Translations under genes and position numbers: made by a program | Shown: positions 35,291 through 47,834 of the stretch, piece by piece | How positions within the stretch are numbered: the stretch's first letter is position 1 | Layout: each line of letters begins with the position of its first letter | The notes under the pieces: generated by a model | Database searches by the model: none | What the model saw: only the letters and a program-made list of their open reading frames with translations | Told to the model about the DNA's origin: nothing | Origin: Squalus acanthias | Lineage: Eukaryota | Direction: 5' to 3' | Assembly (NCBI GenBank): GCA_030390025.1 | Contig: CM059432.1 | Location: 145,454,001 to 145,518,000, forward strand | Length of the DNA: 64,000 nucleotides

Positions 35291-35446
35291 CAATGTTCCG
35301 TCTAATTTTTTTGTTGTTGCACGGTCCCTTTAAATTTGCTGCACAGCTGTGCGTGCGTGGTACCTTTTTCAGCGGTAGCCACAAGTGAGCAGCCTGTGCG
35401 GGATCTCCCGATTGGTGCAATGCCGCACATCTAAGAGGGAACATTG
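35291..35446. mobile_element. 156-bp hAT-type MITE inside the Penelope element
   Basis: TIRs CAATGTTCC / GGAACATTG; perfect 8-bp duplication CCTGTCAT (35283-35290 / 35447-35454). Confidence 0.9.
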
Positions 35447-35871
35447 CCTGTCATTTTAATTCTCTGCATCACTCGTACTCTGACCTCGGCTTCCTACACT
35501 GTTCCAATGAAGCTCGAGAAACAGCACTTCATCTTTCTATTAGGCACTTTACAGCCTTCCAGACTCCACATTGAGTTCAACAATTTTTAGATCATAACCT
35601 CTGCCCCCATTTTTTCGGACAGTAGCTCTTACTGATGATTCTGATATTCCCATTTACACCTCTTCTAGACCCATCTTTTGTTTCTGTACTTGTCCCATTA
35701 CCATCTCCTTTCACCTTGCACCATCCCTTTTGTCATTTAATATCTCCTGCCTTACACCCTATCACAGCCCTTTGCTTTTGTTCTTTCTTCCCTCCCCCCT
35801 TTCCCTGCTTAAAACCAGTTACATCTCTAACCTTTTCCAGCTCTGATGAAAGGTCATCGGCCTGAAACAAT

Positions 35872-36627
35872 GGCCCTGAAATTCAGCTCCCTGGCTTCCC
35901 GCAGGTGCAAGGATCCCGCGCGCACCTACCCACCGCGCCTGCCAATGACCTCTGGGCCCACGGGGACTTCAGCTCCTGGGCCTCCTGCAGCTGCCGGCGT
36001 GCAGTGCTTGTGTATCCCAGGGGCATAGTTAGTGTGATGCGTCCCCTGGGATCACGTGGGCCATGGAGAGCCAATGGCAGCAGACCATCTTTCATTCATA
36101 GATTTGACCTGTCAAATCTATGAATACAGATCGGCCCCAAAACATCCCTAAAACTACAAATAAATGTTTTTAAAAAATCACATTTTTAAAATAACTATAA
36201 ATTACATTAATTAACTATTTTAAACAAAAATAAAAATTTTGAAAAAATTAATTACATTTTTTAACAGGGCTAAAACTAAACTTACCTTTCTTTAAAGTAA
36301 TTAAAAAAGATAAATCTGTGAAAAAAATGTTTAAATTTTAATAAAATCAACACTTACCTTGTTAAAAGAAGGCCTTGCGCATCCTTTTTAAAAGTGTATC
36401 TTCTCCGTGCTTACCTTCACGGAGGAACCTGTAAAAAAAACCCGAAGTGCGAGGCGAACGCGCTGGCCCTCCGGCGTGCGCGTTCGACCTCTGAACCCCT
36501 TTCCTCAGGGAACGGAAGTGTCGGTTTCCCGCGCATGCGCAGTGCATGCAAGAAACCGGCACTTTCGTTCCGTCCACGGGTGAGTACACAGTGCGTACTC
36601 ACCCGACAACAGACGAATTTCTGCCCC
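35872..36627. mobile_element. Harbinger-type MITE splitting the Penelope 3' repeat
   Basis: TIRs GGCCCTGAAATTC / GAATTTCTGCCCC; flanks AAT / ATT; the host gaaac|att|aactctg rejoins on removal. Confidence 0.8.
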
Positions 36628-36947
36628 ATTAACTCTGTTTCTCTCTCCACAGGTGCTGCCTGACCTGCTGAATATTTCCAGCATTTTCTGTTTTTAGATC
36701 TTCGCACTTGTTGTTGGTAAGGGTGGAGGGGGCAGGGGACAAGGGTTTAAGTAGACTGTTGGTAGTAGAGAAAAGAAACCGGGGGTTGTCTTTGCATTCC
36801 AGGATGATCCTGAAGTAGTGAGCAGTTATGGCAGAGGAGAGCAGGTCCTGATAGTGCTTGATGTGGTCCAGTCAAATCTGGCGATGTGGCAATGAATCCT
36901 AGCTACCTGAACTCTACAAAACACAGACAGATTCCTTTTTTTTTTCC

Positions 36948-37081
36948 AAAAGCAAAACACTGCAGATGCTGGAGATCTGAAATGAAAACAGAAAATGCTG
37001 GAAATACTCAGCAGGTCAGGCAGCATCTGTGGAGAGAGAAACAGAGTTAACGTTTCAGGTTGGTGACCTTTTTTGTCAGTT
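36948..37081 (-). mobile_element. Solo Penelope-type terminal repeat with degenerate hammerhead
   Basis: Same family as 34170-34265, but the core reads CUGACAAAAA and stem I is lost. Confidence 0.75.
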
Positions 37082-37178
37082 TTGTAACTTGAGATGTTTA
37101 ATATATTGTAATGCATATTCACTAATGTAAAAAACATTTTCAGGATATATTTTTATTATGTTTTAAATTTATTAACAA

Positions 37179-37245
37179 CTTGATGAAAGAGTATGACCTT
37201 CCTCCTGAGGAAGACCCACCTACCCTTGATAGTATTCTGAATGAG
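37179..37245 (+). pseudogene. VPS8: VPS8-like exon (KEYDLPPEEDPPTLDSILNE)
   Basis: Matches recalled human KEFDIPQVDTPPTLESILNE; donor GAG|gtgagc is intact. The expected acceptor appears as taacAA after a T-rich tract; an alternative AG lies at 37142-37143. Confidence 0.8.
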
Positions 37246-38593
37246 GTGAGCTGCCTTATCCCACCACATCACAAGCCTTTGTAAATCTGGAATTGCAGCC
37301 TTATTATTTAATACAGTATATTACTTGCAGAGATGTGCAGTTGAATTATAGCTGTATTGCTGTGTAGTTGCCACAAAATCATTTTTCTAAGATATTCTGG
37401 TGGAAATGAAAGAAACTTCAAACAGAAGAATATAGTTTGTGTACAGGTATTTACTACTAAATTAGCAGAGCTACAGAGCCCAAGTTGAGTCGTGTAGGTC
37501 CATCAGACTAGAATGCACTACAGGAAGAGGAAACAAAAATATTTTGTTTGGTGTTTGCTGTAGAAAATGTTTGGTACAAACTGTGTTATTCAGCAATACA
37601 GCAGCACTTGCTGGACTTGTACCAAGTGCTACATAGAAATAAGATTCTTAGCAATCACAAACATTAGGAAGAAATATGTTTCTACCTAAATTCCACAGTG
37701 AATTGTTTTGCTATCTAATTTACAGTTTTATATTGCTTGTTAGGAGTTACGAGGGACAGTAAATAGTGGAGATGGGAGCAGAACATTGCAAATTGACCTG
37801 GCATGATTAGGTGAGTGGGCAAAACTATGGCAAATGAAGTTCAATGTGGGCAAGTGTGAGGCCATCCACTTTGGACCCAAGGAAGATAAATCAGGGTATT
37901 TTCTGAATGGTGAGAAACTAGGAACTGTAGAGGAGCAAATTTGGGGTTCGCAATTACATAAGTATGGTTGTTTTTCAGACTGGAGGGAAGTATGTAGTCA
38001 TGTTCCCCAGGGTCGGTATTAGGACCACTGCTCTTTTTGATGACCTGGACTTGGGTATACAGGGCATAATTTCAATGTTTGCAGATGACCCGAAACTCGG
38101 AAATGTAATAAATAGTGAGGAGGATAGTAACAGACTTCAGGAGGACGTAGACAGACTGGTGAAATGGGCAGACCCATGACAGATGAAATTTAATGCGGAG
38201 AGGTGTGCAGTGATGCATTTTGGAAGGAAAAATGAGGAGAGGCAGTATAAACTAAATGGTACAATTTTAAAGGGGGTGCAGGAACAAGGAGACCTGGGGG
38301 TGTATGTACACAAATCTTTGAAGGTGGCAGGACAAGTTGAGAAGGCTGTTTTAAAAAAAAACACGGGATCCTTGGCTTTATTAAAAGAGGCATAGAGTAC
38401 AAAAGCAAGGAAGTTATGCTGAACCTTAATAAAACACTGGTTAGGCCTCAGCTAGAGTATTTTCAATTCTGGGCACCACTTTAGGAAGGATGTCAAGGCC
38501 TTGGAGTGGGTGTGGAAGAGATTTGCTAGAATGGTACCTGGGAATGATGGACTTCAGTTATGAAGAGAGACTGGAGAAGCTGGGGTTATTCTC

Positions 38594-38715
38594 TGTAATG
38601 TATTATCACATGGTTTAGTATGAGCATGCTCAGTTCGTTCTGGCCGAGTAAAGCAAGCTCATGAACTAGCAACTGGTGTCTCTGTCCTTCATTTGTTCTA
38701 CCCACATATATTACA
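38594..38715. mobile_element. 122-bp solo LTR-like insertion
   Basis: TGTAATGTAT...ATATATTACA termini with 5-bp duplication TTCTC (38589-38593 / 38716-38720). Confidence 0.78.
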
Positions 38716-38968
38716 TTCTCCTTAGAGTAAAGAAGGTTAAGAGGAAATTTGATAGAGGTGTTCAAAATCATGAATGGTTTTGAAAGAGTAAATAAGGAGA
38801 AACTTGCCAGTGGCAGAAGGGTCAGTAGCTAGAGGACACAGATTTACGGTGATTGGCAAAAGAACCAGAGGTGACATGAGTTTTAAAAAAAAGTTTTCGC
38901 AGTGAGTTGTTGTGATCTGGAATGCATTGCCTGAAAGGGCAGGTGGAAGCAGATTCAATAGTAACTTT

Positions 38969-40679
38969 GGCTGGGATTTTGCTCACCTCGGCGGGTCCAG
39001 GTGGGCGATGTCGGTGGCGGGTCGCGAACCCGCTGCTGGCTCCATCATCCCGCTGTCTAAAATGAATTTACATTGACAGGGCCCGCCCAGCACATTTCGC
39101 AGTCCAATTAGAGGAAGCAGGTCTGGTGACGTCATTCATGACGCGTCATCAGCCGGTTTCCTTAAAGGAACCATGGCCACCTTACTTTTGACATTTGTGC
39201 TGTCAGTGTTCTACAGCATTGAAGTGCTGCAATCACTGCACAGAGGTGCAGGGCTGCACCCAGGTTCTCCCATGACTCCCTCCATATGCTTATGGAGGGA
39301 GTCACAGCACTCGGGGAGGTCCTCTTCCCTTCCCATGGGCGGAAGAGACCTCTCCAGGAGACCAACGCAGCCTGGTTGCACATTGCAGAGGAGGTCACAT
39401 GCAGGGATGTCATCAGGAGGACCTGGGTGCAGTAGCGCAAACCTTTCAATGATCTCATTAGATCACGAAACATTATTACAAAGCCACACTCACCTTCATC
39501 CTCCTGTGCCTCTCATCACATCCCCATCACTCTGCCTTTCCTACCCTACTCACACACATCCTTACTCACACCAACTTACCTTGCACCTTCACCCATACCT
39601 CTCTATCTACATTATCACATCCCCATCTCACTAGCCACCCCTCACACTCACCCTCATCCTAGTGCATTCATACCAACTAATAACACACAAGGGTAGCCAC
39701 TTGGGTGTTTTATCCAATATTCATGTAAAGTTTCTATTAATGTGCTGTCAAACATTGAAACCTTTATTTTCAACACTTTGCGTTCTTGGACAGATTTGTG
39801 TGCACCTTTGGAAGTGGCTTAGTGAGTTGCAGTAAATGGTGAGACATAACGGCAGCCCCCGCAATGGTGATGAGTGTGAAAGGAATGGCTTGGACATTGT
39901 AGGGATGCTTTATGGTGTTGGTGTGGGGTGGTGCCAACCTGGCGCATCATATGGCAGCCAGGGTGTACAGCGTCAAGTGAAGTAAATCTGGCCATGGTGA
40001 GGCCATCCCAGGCCTCCCGGGCAGCAATGTGCTCAGGTGCTGATGCCCTCTGTCCTGTGCAGCATCAGGTGATTGTGGAGAAGGTTAGTGTTGTTGTTGG
40101 TGCTGCTGGTGTTGGGGCTGATCGTGGTGGGATTCTGAGGACCAAGGTGAGACAGTATAAAGGGCACCCATGTTGATGGAATAGATGGCAGGTGAAGTAC
40201 AGATGACAGAAGCATTCTGTCAATTGTGAGAGAGTTCTTCCAATGAGGTGAGAGTGGAAAGTGGAAAGCCGGCAGAATCTGTGCTGGAAATAGACTGAGA
40301 AACAGCTTGTGGCTGAGGAAAGTGAAGATCTGTCAAGTGGGAGCTATTACTGTACATTTGAAGCTGTCAAGTAATCAGCTGGAGCAATGGCCACTGAACT
40401 CCCGCCTCAGATTGACAGACGTGGTTCCCATGGCCATGAAGTTTAAGTTAAAAAGTAAGTTAAAAAAGCCTGTTAAGGGTCTGTTAAGTACATTATAATG
40501 AGTTTAATTGGGTCGCCCACCGTTGCCTGTCGGATCTGCTCAGCTCTGACAGACCCGACATTGGGAAAGGCGTGTTGCGGCGGTTTGACAGCGGGTTCCC
40601 GACCTGCTGTAAAAAAAAAAAACACTTTCCCACCCGACCTACCACTGATCCCGCCGGCTGACACCGGAAAATTCTGGCC
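38969..40679. mobile_element. Internally deleted Harbinger element with Myb/SANT-like ORF remnant (39241-39465, +)
   Basis: TIRs GGCTGGGATTTT / AAAATTCTGGCC; TTT duplication; RAAPRFSHDSLHMLMEGV...AWLHIAEEV...RTWVQ*RKPFNDL. Confidence 0.88.
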
Positions 40680-41034
40680 TTTGGAAAGGAAATTGGATAA
40701 ATACTGGAAGAGGAAAAAATTACAGGGCTATGGGGAAAGAGCAGGGGAGTAGGACTAATTGGATAGCTCTACCAAAGAGCCGGCACAAGCACGATGGACC
40801 GAATGGCATCTTTCCATGCTGTATCATTCTACGATATAACAATCAAATGTCATGTATGTAAAAGGGTATGCTATGAAGTCCTGTTTGTCTACTCAATATC
40901 TGAACATTTGTAACTCTGAAGCATTTTGGTTGAAGTATTTCACCTGAAATTTTGCTGTAGGTATTGAGAATGCTAGTACATTTATTTTGTCGTTGATCAA
41001 TAATTTGTAAAATGTTCAAACTAGAATGGTAGAA

Positions 41035-42375
41035 TTTTTTTTTATTCGCTTATGGGATCTGGGCGTCGCTGGCAAGGCCAACATTTATTGCCCATCCCTA
41101 GTTGCCCTTGAGAAGGTGGTGGTGAGCCACCTTCTTGAACCGCTGCAGTCCGTGTGGTGAAGGTACTCCCACAGTGCTGTTAGGTGGGGAGTTCCAGGAT
41201 TTTGACCCAGCGACGATGAAGGATTGGCGATATACTTCTAAGTCAGGATGGTGTGTGACTTGGAGGGGAACTTGGAGGTGGTGGTGTTCCCATGCGCCTG
41301 CTGCCCTTGTCCTTCTAGGTGGAAGAGTATGCGGGTTTGGGAGGTGCTGCCGAAGAAGGCTTGGCGAGTTGCTGCAGTGCATCTTGTAGATGGTACACAC
41401 TGCAGCCACGGTACGCCGGTGGTGGAGGGAGTGAATTTTTAAGGTGGTGGATGGGGGTGCCAATCAAGTGGGCTGCTTTGTCATGGATGGTGTCGAGCTT
41501 CTTGAGTGTTGTTGGAGCTGCACACATCCAGGTAAGTGGAGAGTATTCCATCACACTCCTTACTTGTGCCTTGTAGATGGTGGAAAGGCTTTGTGGAGTC
41601 GGGAGGTGAGACACTCGCCGCAGAATACCTTGCCTCTGACCTGCTCTTGTTGCCACAGTATTTATGTGGCTGGTCCAGTTCAGTTTCTGGTCAATGGTGA
41701 CCCCCAGGATGTTGATGGTGGGGGATTCGGCGATGGTAATGCTGTTGAAAGTCAAGGGGAGGTGGTTAGATTCTCGCTTGTTGGAGATAGTCATTGCCTG
41801 GCACTTCTGTGGTGCGAATGTTACCTGCCACTTATCAGCCCAAGCCTGAACGTCGTCCAGGTCTTGTTGCATGCGGGCATGGACTGCTTCATTATCTGAG
41901 GAGTTGTGAATGGCGCTGTGCAGTCATCAACGAACATCCCCATTTCTGACCTTATGTTGGAGGGAAGGTCATTGATGAAGCAGCTGAAGATAGTTGGGCC
42001 TAGGACACTGCCCTGAGGAACTCTTGCAGCGATGTTCTGGGGCTGTGATGATTGACCTTCAATCACCACAACCATCTTCCTTTGTGCTTGGTATGACTCC
42101 AGCCAGTGGAGCGTTTTCCCCCGATTCGCATTGACTTCAGTTTTACTAGGGCTCCTTGATGCCACACTCGGTTAAATGCTGCCTTGATGTCAAGGGCAGT
42201 CACTCTCACCTCACCTGTGGAATTCAGCTCCTTTGTCCATGTTTGGATCAAGGCTGTAATGAGGTCGGGTGCCGAGTGGTCTTGGCGGAACCCAAACTGG
42301 GCATCAGTGGGCAGGTTATTGGTGAATAAGTGCTGCTTGATAACACTGTCGATGACACCTTTCATCACTTTGATG
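41035..42375 (-). mobile_element. 5'-truncated L2/Crack-like LINE (same family as 7720-10067)
   Basis: Near-identical RT C-terminus and 3' end. Confidence 0.9.
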
Positions 42376-43890
42376 GTAGGCACCCTCCAGGCTGATGTAA
42401 GTTGTTACCTAGCCGCCATCTGTCTTTGTGCAGAGTGCTGTATGGAAAAGTTGGGTGCTATGAATCATGAGCCTAGAGTTAATGGTGTCTATAAGAACAT
42501 AAGAATGCAAGAAATAGGAGCAGGAGTTCCTTCGAGCCTACTCCGCCATTCAATAAGATCATGGCTGATCTTCGACCTCAACTCCACCTTCCTGCACTAT
42601 CCCCATATCCCTTGGTTCCCATAATATACAAAAATCTATCGATATCTGTCTTGAATATACTCAACGACTGAGCATCCACAGCCCTCTGGGGTAGAGAATT
42701 CCAAAGATTCACCACCGTCTGAGTGAAGACATTTCTCCTCATCTCTGTCCTAAATGGCCAACCCCTTATTCTGAGACTGTGAACCCTAGTTCTAGACGCC
42801 CCAGCCAGGGGAAACATCCTCCCTGCATCTACCCTGTCAAGCCCCTTAAGAATTTTATACGTTTCAATGAGATCATCTCTCATTCTTCTAAACTCAGTGG
42901 AATATAGGCCTACTCTGATCAATCTCTCCTCATAGGACAATCCCCCCAATTCCCCCATCCCAGAAATCAGTCTAGTGAACCGTCGTTGCACTCCCTCTAT
43001 GGCAAGTGTATCCTTCCTTAGATTAGGAGACCAAAACTGTACACAGTACTCCAGGTGTGGTCTCACCAAAGCCCGATATAATTGCAGTAAGACGTCTTTA
43101 CTCTTATACTCCAATCCTTTTGTAATAAAGACTAACATACATTGCTTTCCTAATTACTTGCTGTACTTGCATGTTAACTTTCTGTGATTCATGTACAAGG
43201 ACACTCAGGTCTCTCTGAATACCAACATTTCCCAATCTCTCACCATTTAAAAATATTCTGCTTTTCTATTTTTCCTTCCAAAGTGGATAACTTCACATTT
43301 CTCCACATTTTCCATCTGCCCTGTTCTTGCCCACTCACTCAACCAGTCTAGATCCCTTTGCAGCCTCTTTGAGTCCTCCTCACAACTTACTTTCCCACCT
43401 AGCTTTGTATTGTCAGTAATCTTGGATATATTATACTCGGTCCCCTCATCCAAGTCATTGACACAGATTGTAAATAGCTGAGGCCCAAGCACTGATTCTT
43501 GTGGTACCCCACTAGTTACAGCCTGCTAACCCAAAAATGACCCGTTTATTCCTACTCTCTGTTTTCCTTCCGTTAACCAATCCTCAATCCATGTTAATAT
43601 ATTACTCCCAATCCCATGAGCCCTAATTTTGTGTAATAACCTTTTGTGTGGCACCTTATCGAATGCTTTTTGAAAATCCAAATACACTACATCCACTGGT
43701 TCCCCCTTATCTATTCTGTTAGTTACAACCTCAAAAAACTCTAATAGATTTGTCAAACATGATTTCCCTTTCATAAATCCGTGTTGACTCTGCCCAATCC
43801 TATTATTATTTTCTAAGTGCCCTGTTACCATGTCCTTAATAATAGATTCTAGCATTTTCCCTACTACTGATGTCAGGCTAACTGGTTTTC

Positions 43891-45525
43891 TGTAAGGGAT
43901 TCTGACCCTGCGTGTCTCGCAGCCTGTGAGATTCACGCGGCTCTGTGCAGCCTGTATGTCAGTGCGGGTCTAGGCCTTGTTGCCTGTTCTGGTCTCCAGC
44001 CAGTCTGGGAACACTAGACACACCTGTGAGTGGTTCGAATCACTCGCCCTTACGGTTCTAGACACTGGACTTAGATGCGAGAGCAGTAATGGAGATGAAA
44101 CTCATGTAGACTCGGTTGAATGGTACGAAATGGAAAATCTTTATTGCATGATATTTAAGATTATGAAATACATGTCATAAGCACAGATTAATGACAATAC
44201 AATCTTACAAGCAGTTATATAGCTGATCCTAGGGAAACGAGGAACGAACGACACACCGTAAATAGGGGCACACATTACAAGTATCCTTAATACTTAAACC
44301 CTCCCCTATCAATATCTATCCTAACTAGATTCGTAGGATTTCGAGACTCATGCTCACCACTCGTGATAACTCGGAGAAATTCCGAATAGCTGATCGGATG
44401 TTTTTCACCGCAGCACCCACGTGTCGGTCAGGAGATCTCCTGGTCCCACTTGTTTACTTGCTTCTGCTGCTCCGGCTAGCAGGCTGGACCGTCTGCTGTG
44501 ATGAAGACCTGTGTTGGTTGGTTTAACAGGTACTTTCGAGCACAGTTCACAGATTAGTCAATATCATCGATGATGAACCGTTCTTGCAAGTTCGAAGAAG
44601 TCTCCCTGGCAAGGAAAACTTGGCTATTCGACCTACAGGCGCGGTCGGGATTTACTGACCGTGGCGATGAATATGGTCTTCCTCTCTTCTCATCTCATCT
44701 CATCTCATCTCATCTCATCTCGGGCCTTTGGTTCCGCTGCCAGTTACCAACATAGGTCTTCGTTACGCGACACGAGGTAGATCCGAACGGATCAGAAAGT
44801 TCAACAGTCCTTTTCAAAGAGGCACCAGGCAAGCAGGAGCCCGACTACGAGTACACAGGAGCAGCCACGAGGTTACGAAAATAATAAGAGAAAGATGGAC
44901 GGTTTGGAGCCTGCAATTATAGTGCAAAATCTTCCGTTTCCCGCCCAACCTTAATGTCCTTTCTTTTGTTAGGGTCTGGCGCTCAAATGTCTTGTATGGG
45001 TGATCTCCGTTCTTAATGGGTTTCGGGGCTACTCGTAAATGTCTGAGTACCTGTTAATATTTCTCCCATTGTTAAATCGGTCGGTGTTCTCCCTGGAGGG
45101 GTTGTGGGGCTTCCAAGTGTTTTGTATAACTACCTGCTAACGGCTCTCTCATCGTAGAGTCGTTGGGATTTTACATATTAATGTCTTTTGGATGGGCCCT
45201 TGATTACTCGGTACAATAGCTTTCATTCGTACCTGGGAGACCGATTTCAGTATTTATGTGTATACTGCAAACCCATAATGTCTCGTGTATTATCTTCACT
45301 GTGCTGAATCTTAATCGATCTTGCACAAATGTTTATTGGAACGCCATCTTGTCTGCCTGTTGAAAAGTCTAGAATGTTCTGTCACGAGGTGCGGTGGCCA
45401 TTTTACAGGCTGCTTGTGTCCACTTTGAACAACCTGGCAGCATTCTGCTGAAATAAAAGCTGTTTGAACGAAACTCTGTGTTTTCTCCTTATTAAATAAA
45501 ATCGCGATATATTGCGAATTCTACA
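43891..45525 (-). mobile_element. 1.6-kb putative solo LTR (ERV-like)
   Basis: TGTAG...CTTACA termini on the minus strand; AAGATGGCG and AAAATGGCC near its 5' end; AATAAA ~250 nt from its 3' end; non-coding; (CATCT)n at ~44686-44720; no clear TSD. Confidence 0.6.
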
Positions 45526-45850
45526 CTGTAGTTCCCCCGTTTTCTCACTCCCTCCTTTCTTAAATAGTGGGGTTACATTTGCTACCTTCCAATCCGCAGG
45601 AACTGTTCTAGAATCTATGGAATTTTGGAAAATGACAACCAATGCATCCACTATCTCTATAGCCAACTCTTTCAAATCCCTAGGATGTAGGCCATCAAGT
45701 CCAGGGGATTTATCAGCTTTCAGTCCCATTAATTTCTCCAGTACTATTTTTTTACTAATACTAATTTCTTTCAGTTCCTCATTCTAGACCCTTGGTTCTC
45801 CACTATTTCCGGAATTTTTTTGCGTCTTCTTCCGTGAAGACAGACACAAA

Positions 45851-46725
45851 GGCCACAATTTTATCAATGGAGGCGGATTGGGTGTGGGTCAGGTGGTTTC
45901 TGGCTTCCAGTCCCGCCCCCAGCTGCATCCGGCCCACAGACGTGATTTTACGTTGATTGACCTTGTTAAGCCCACCCTGCAGGCTTGACGGCCAATTAAG
46001 AGGAAGCCGTTCAGATGACGTCTTTTGATGATGCATCATCTGCCGGTTTCCTTAAAGGAACCACGCACAATTTTTTTTTGACAGTTGACTTCTCAGTGTT
46101 TGACAGCATTGAGGTGCTGCAAACACTAACAATCACTGCACAAAGGTGACCTCTTGCACCCAGGCTCTCCAATGACTCCCTCCATAGGCTGGAATAGATG
46201 GCAGCTGCAGGTGAGGTGACAGAAGAGATCTGTCACTGGTGAGAGAGGTTCTCCCAATGAGGTGGCACTGGACATGGATTTCAAAATTTGTAACCTAAAG
46301 AAATGTGTAAATGTATTAAAAATGCATTTCCCAACATTTTCTTACCTCTGAGACTCACCAGTGCAACATCGGACCCTTCACACCACTTCTGCAGCTGTCA
46401 TCAATCCAGAAACATTACAGCAGACTCACAACACGCCACACTTACCTGGCGTGGTGTCCGGACATCGGGAAACCTGAGGCAGAAGCGGCAAAATTCAAAA
46501 CTAGTCTGTCAACTACTAGCAACTACCTGTTAATAGGCAGGTAGTTGCCTTTAATCCTCTTCCCGCTGCTAGGTGTCAGTCCATGCGCAAATCGGGGACC
46601 TGACACTTGGGAAAATTGTTTGGAGGCAGGTTGACGGTGGGATCGCAACCCGCCATCAATCAAAACGATTTTACCCTTTGACCCGCCTCCAAACCTGCCC
46701 ACTGAGCGCTGGCAAAATCCAGCCC
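45851..46725. mobile_element. Harbinger MITE, shorter derivative of the 38969-40679 family
   Basis: TIRs GGCCACAATTTT / AAAATCCAGCCC; AAA duplication; shares ccggtttccttaaaggaacca and gcacccaggctctcc..gactccctccata blocks. Confidence 0.88.
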
Positions 46726-46973
46726 AAAGAATTTGTTTAAATCTCGGCCATTTCCTTATTCCCCATTATAATTTCTCCTGTCTCAGCCTGTAAGGGACCC
46801 ACATTTACTTTCACTAATCTTTTCCTTTTTACATACCTATAGAAGCTTTTACAGTCTGTTTTTATGTCTCGCGCTAGTTTACTCTCATATTCTATGTGGT
46901 TGAATACGTTATTGCAGCAAAGTATAGGGAGATTTCTGCTACCATTAATCTGTAGGTCAGGTAATCAGGTATC

Positions 46974-47425
46974 AGCCGCGGTTCAGTGGTAGCACTCTCG
47001 CCTGAGTCAGTAGGTCGTGGGATCGAGCCCCACTCCAGAGACTTGAGCACATAATCTGGGCTGACACTTCAGTGCAATACTGAGGGAATGCTGCATTGTG
47101 GGTGGTGCCATCTTTCGAATGAGATGTTAAAACGCGGCCATGTCTTGCCTCTCAGCTGAACGTAAAAATCCCATGGCACTATTTTGAAGAAGAGCCAGAA
47201 AGTTCTCCTGGTGTCCTGGCCAATATTTTTCCCTCACCAACATCACTTTTCTTTCTAAACAGTTTATCACATTGCTGTTTACGGGATCTTGCTGTGCCCA
47301 ATAGGCTGCCGCATTTCCTTGTGTAAGAACAGTGACTACACTTCTAAAGTACTTCATTGACTGTAAAGTGCTTTGCCATGTCCTGACGTCATGAAGGGTG
47401 CTATAGAAATGAAAGTTCCTTCCTT
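46974..47425 (+). mobile_element. Deu-domain tRNA SINE copy
   Basis: Collinear with 11737-12198. Confidence 0.85.
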
Positions 47426-47709
47426 ACCTGTGTGAAATGCGGAAATTTGTTCTTGGTGAAAACAACACTCATTTTGAAATGAATGATTCTGCCCTTTATA
47501 AACTATGAGAGAAATGATGAAAATTTAAAACCAAGATAATAACCATGACTGGAGTTGAAAACCCTCCTATTACTCAATATATTGGATACATCAAAAACAT
47601 AAGGTCGCATAGGTTAAACCTTACTAAAACCAAGCTATCTGGTTACTTTAAATAGAACATCATTTTATATCCAGTATGTTCTGCTAATACAGAGATCTTG
47701 TTAGTGTAG

Positions 47710-47834
47710 ATTCTAGCCAGACTTTGAAGCTCTGTTTGGGCAATACTGCACTTGGTAACCAGTCTGGAGCCATCACAGCGCTTGCTTTTACTTGTGACTG
47801 CACTCGTTTTTTTTGTGGATTTGCAAACGGACAG
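47710..47834 (+). pseudogene. VPS8: VPS8-like WD40 exon (DSSQTLKLCLGNTALGNQSGAITALAFTCDCTRFFCGFANGQ)
   Basis: Collinear with recalled human DQNQALRLCLGSTSVGGQYGAISALSINNDCSRLLCGFAKGQ; tgtag| ... CAG|gtaaaa. Confidence 0.88.

Larger units (their letters stand above)
34170..36700 (+). mobile_element. Penelope-like element: RT + GIY-YIG remnants, 3' terminal repeat and inverted 5' copy of it
   Basis: FFRCIDDCID (YIDD-type RT motif) at ~34414-34443, RLPLVLTFHP, LVYCIRC..CGLLYIGET (GIY-YIG). 34170-34265 is an inverted copy of 35840-35871 + 36628-36695. Confidence 0.88.
37745..40835 (+). mobile_element. CR1 3' fragments hosting a mini solo LTR and a Harbinger element
   Basis: RT C-terminal ORFs at 37834-38395; the host gtaac-ttt|ggaaagg resumes at 40680. 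Confidence 0.85.
42492..46895 (-). mobile_element. CR1 LINE fragment interrupted by a long LTR-like insertion and a Harbinger MITE
   Basis: RT ORFs at 42578-43936 and 45403-45729 are collinear across both insertions. Confidence 0.88.

Noticed and set aside
39241..39465. Domesticated Myb/SANT gene (NAIF1/MSANTD-like)
   Set aside because: In-frame TAG at 39433-39435, no start codon, and bounded by TIRs with a TSD.
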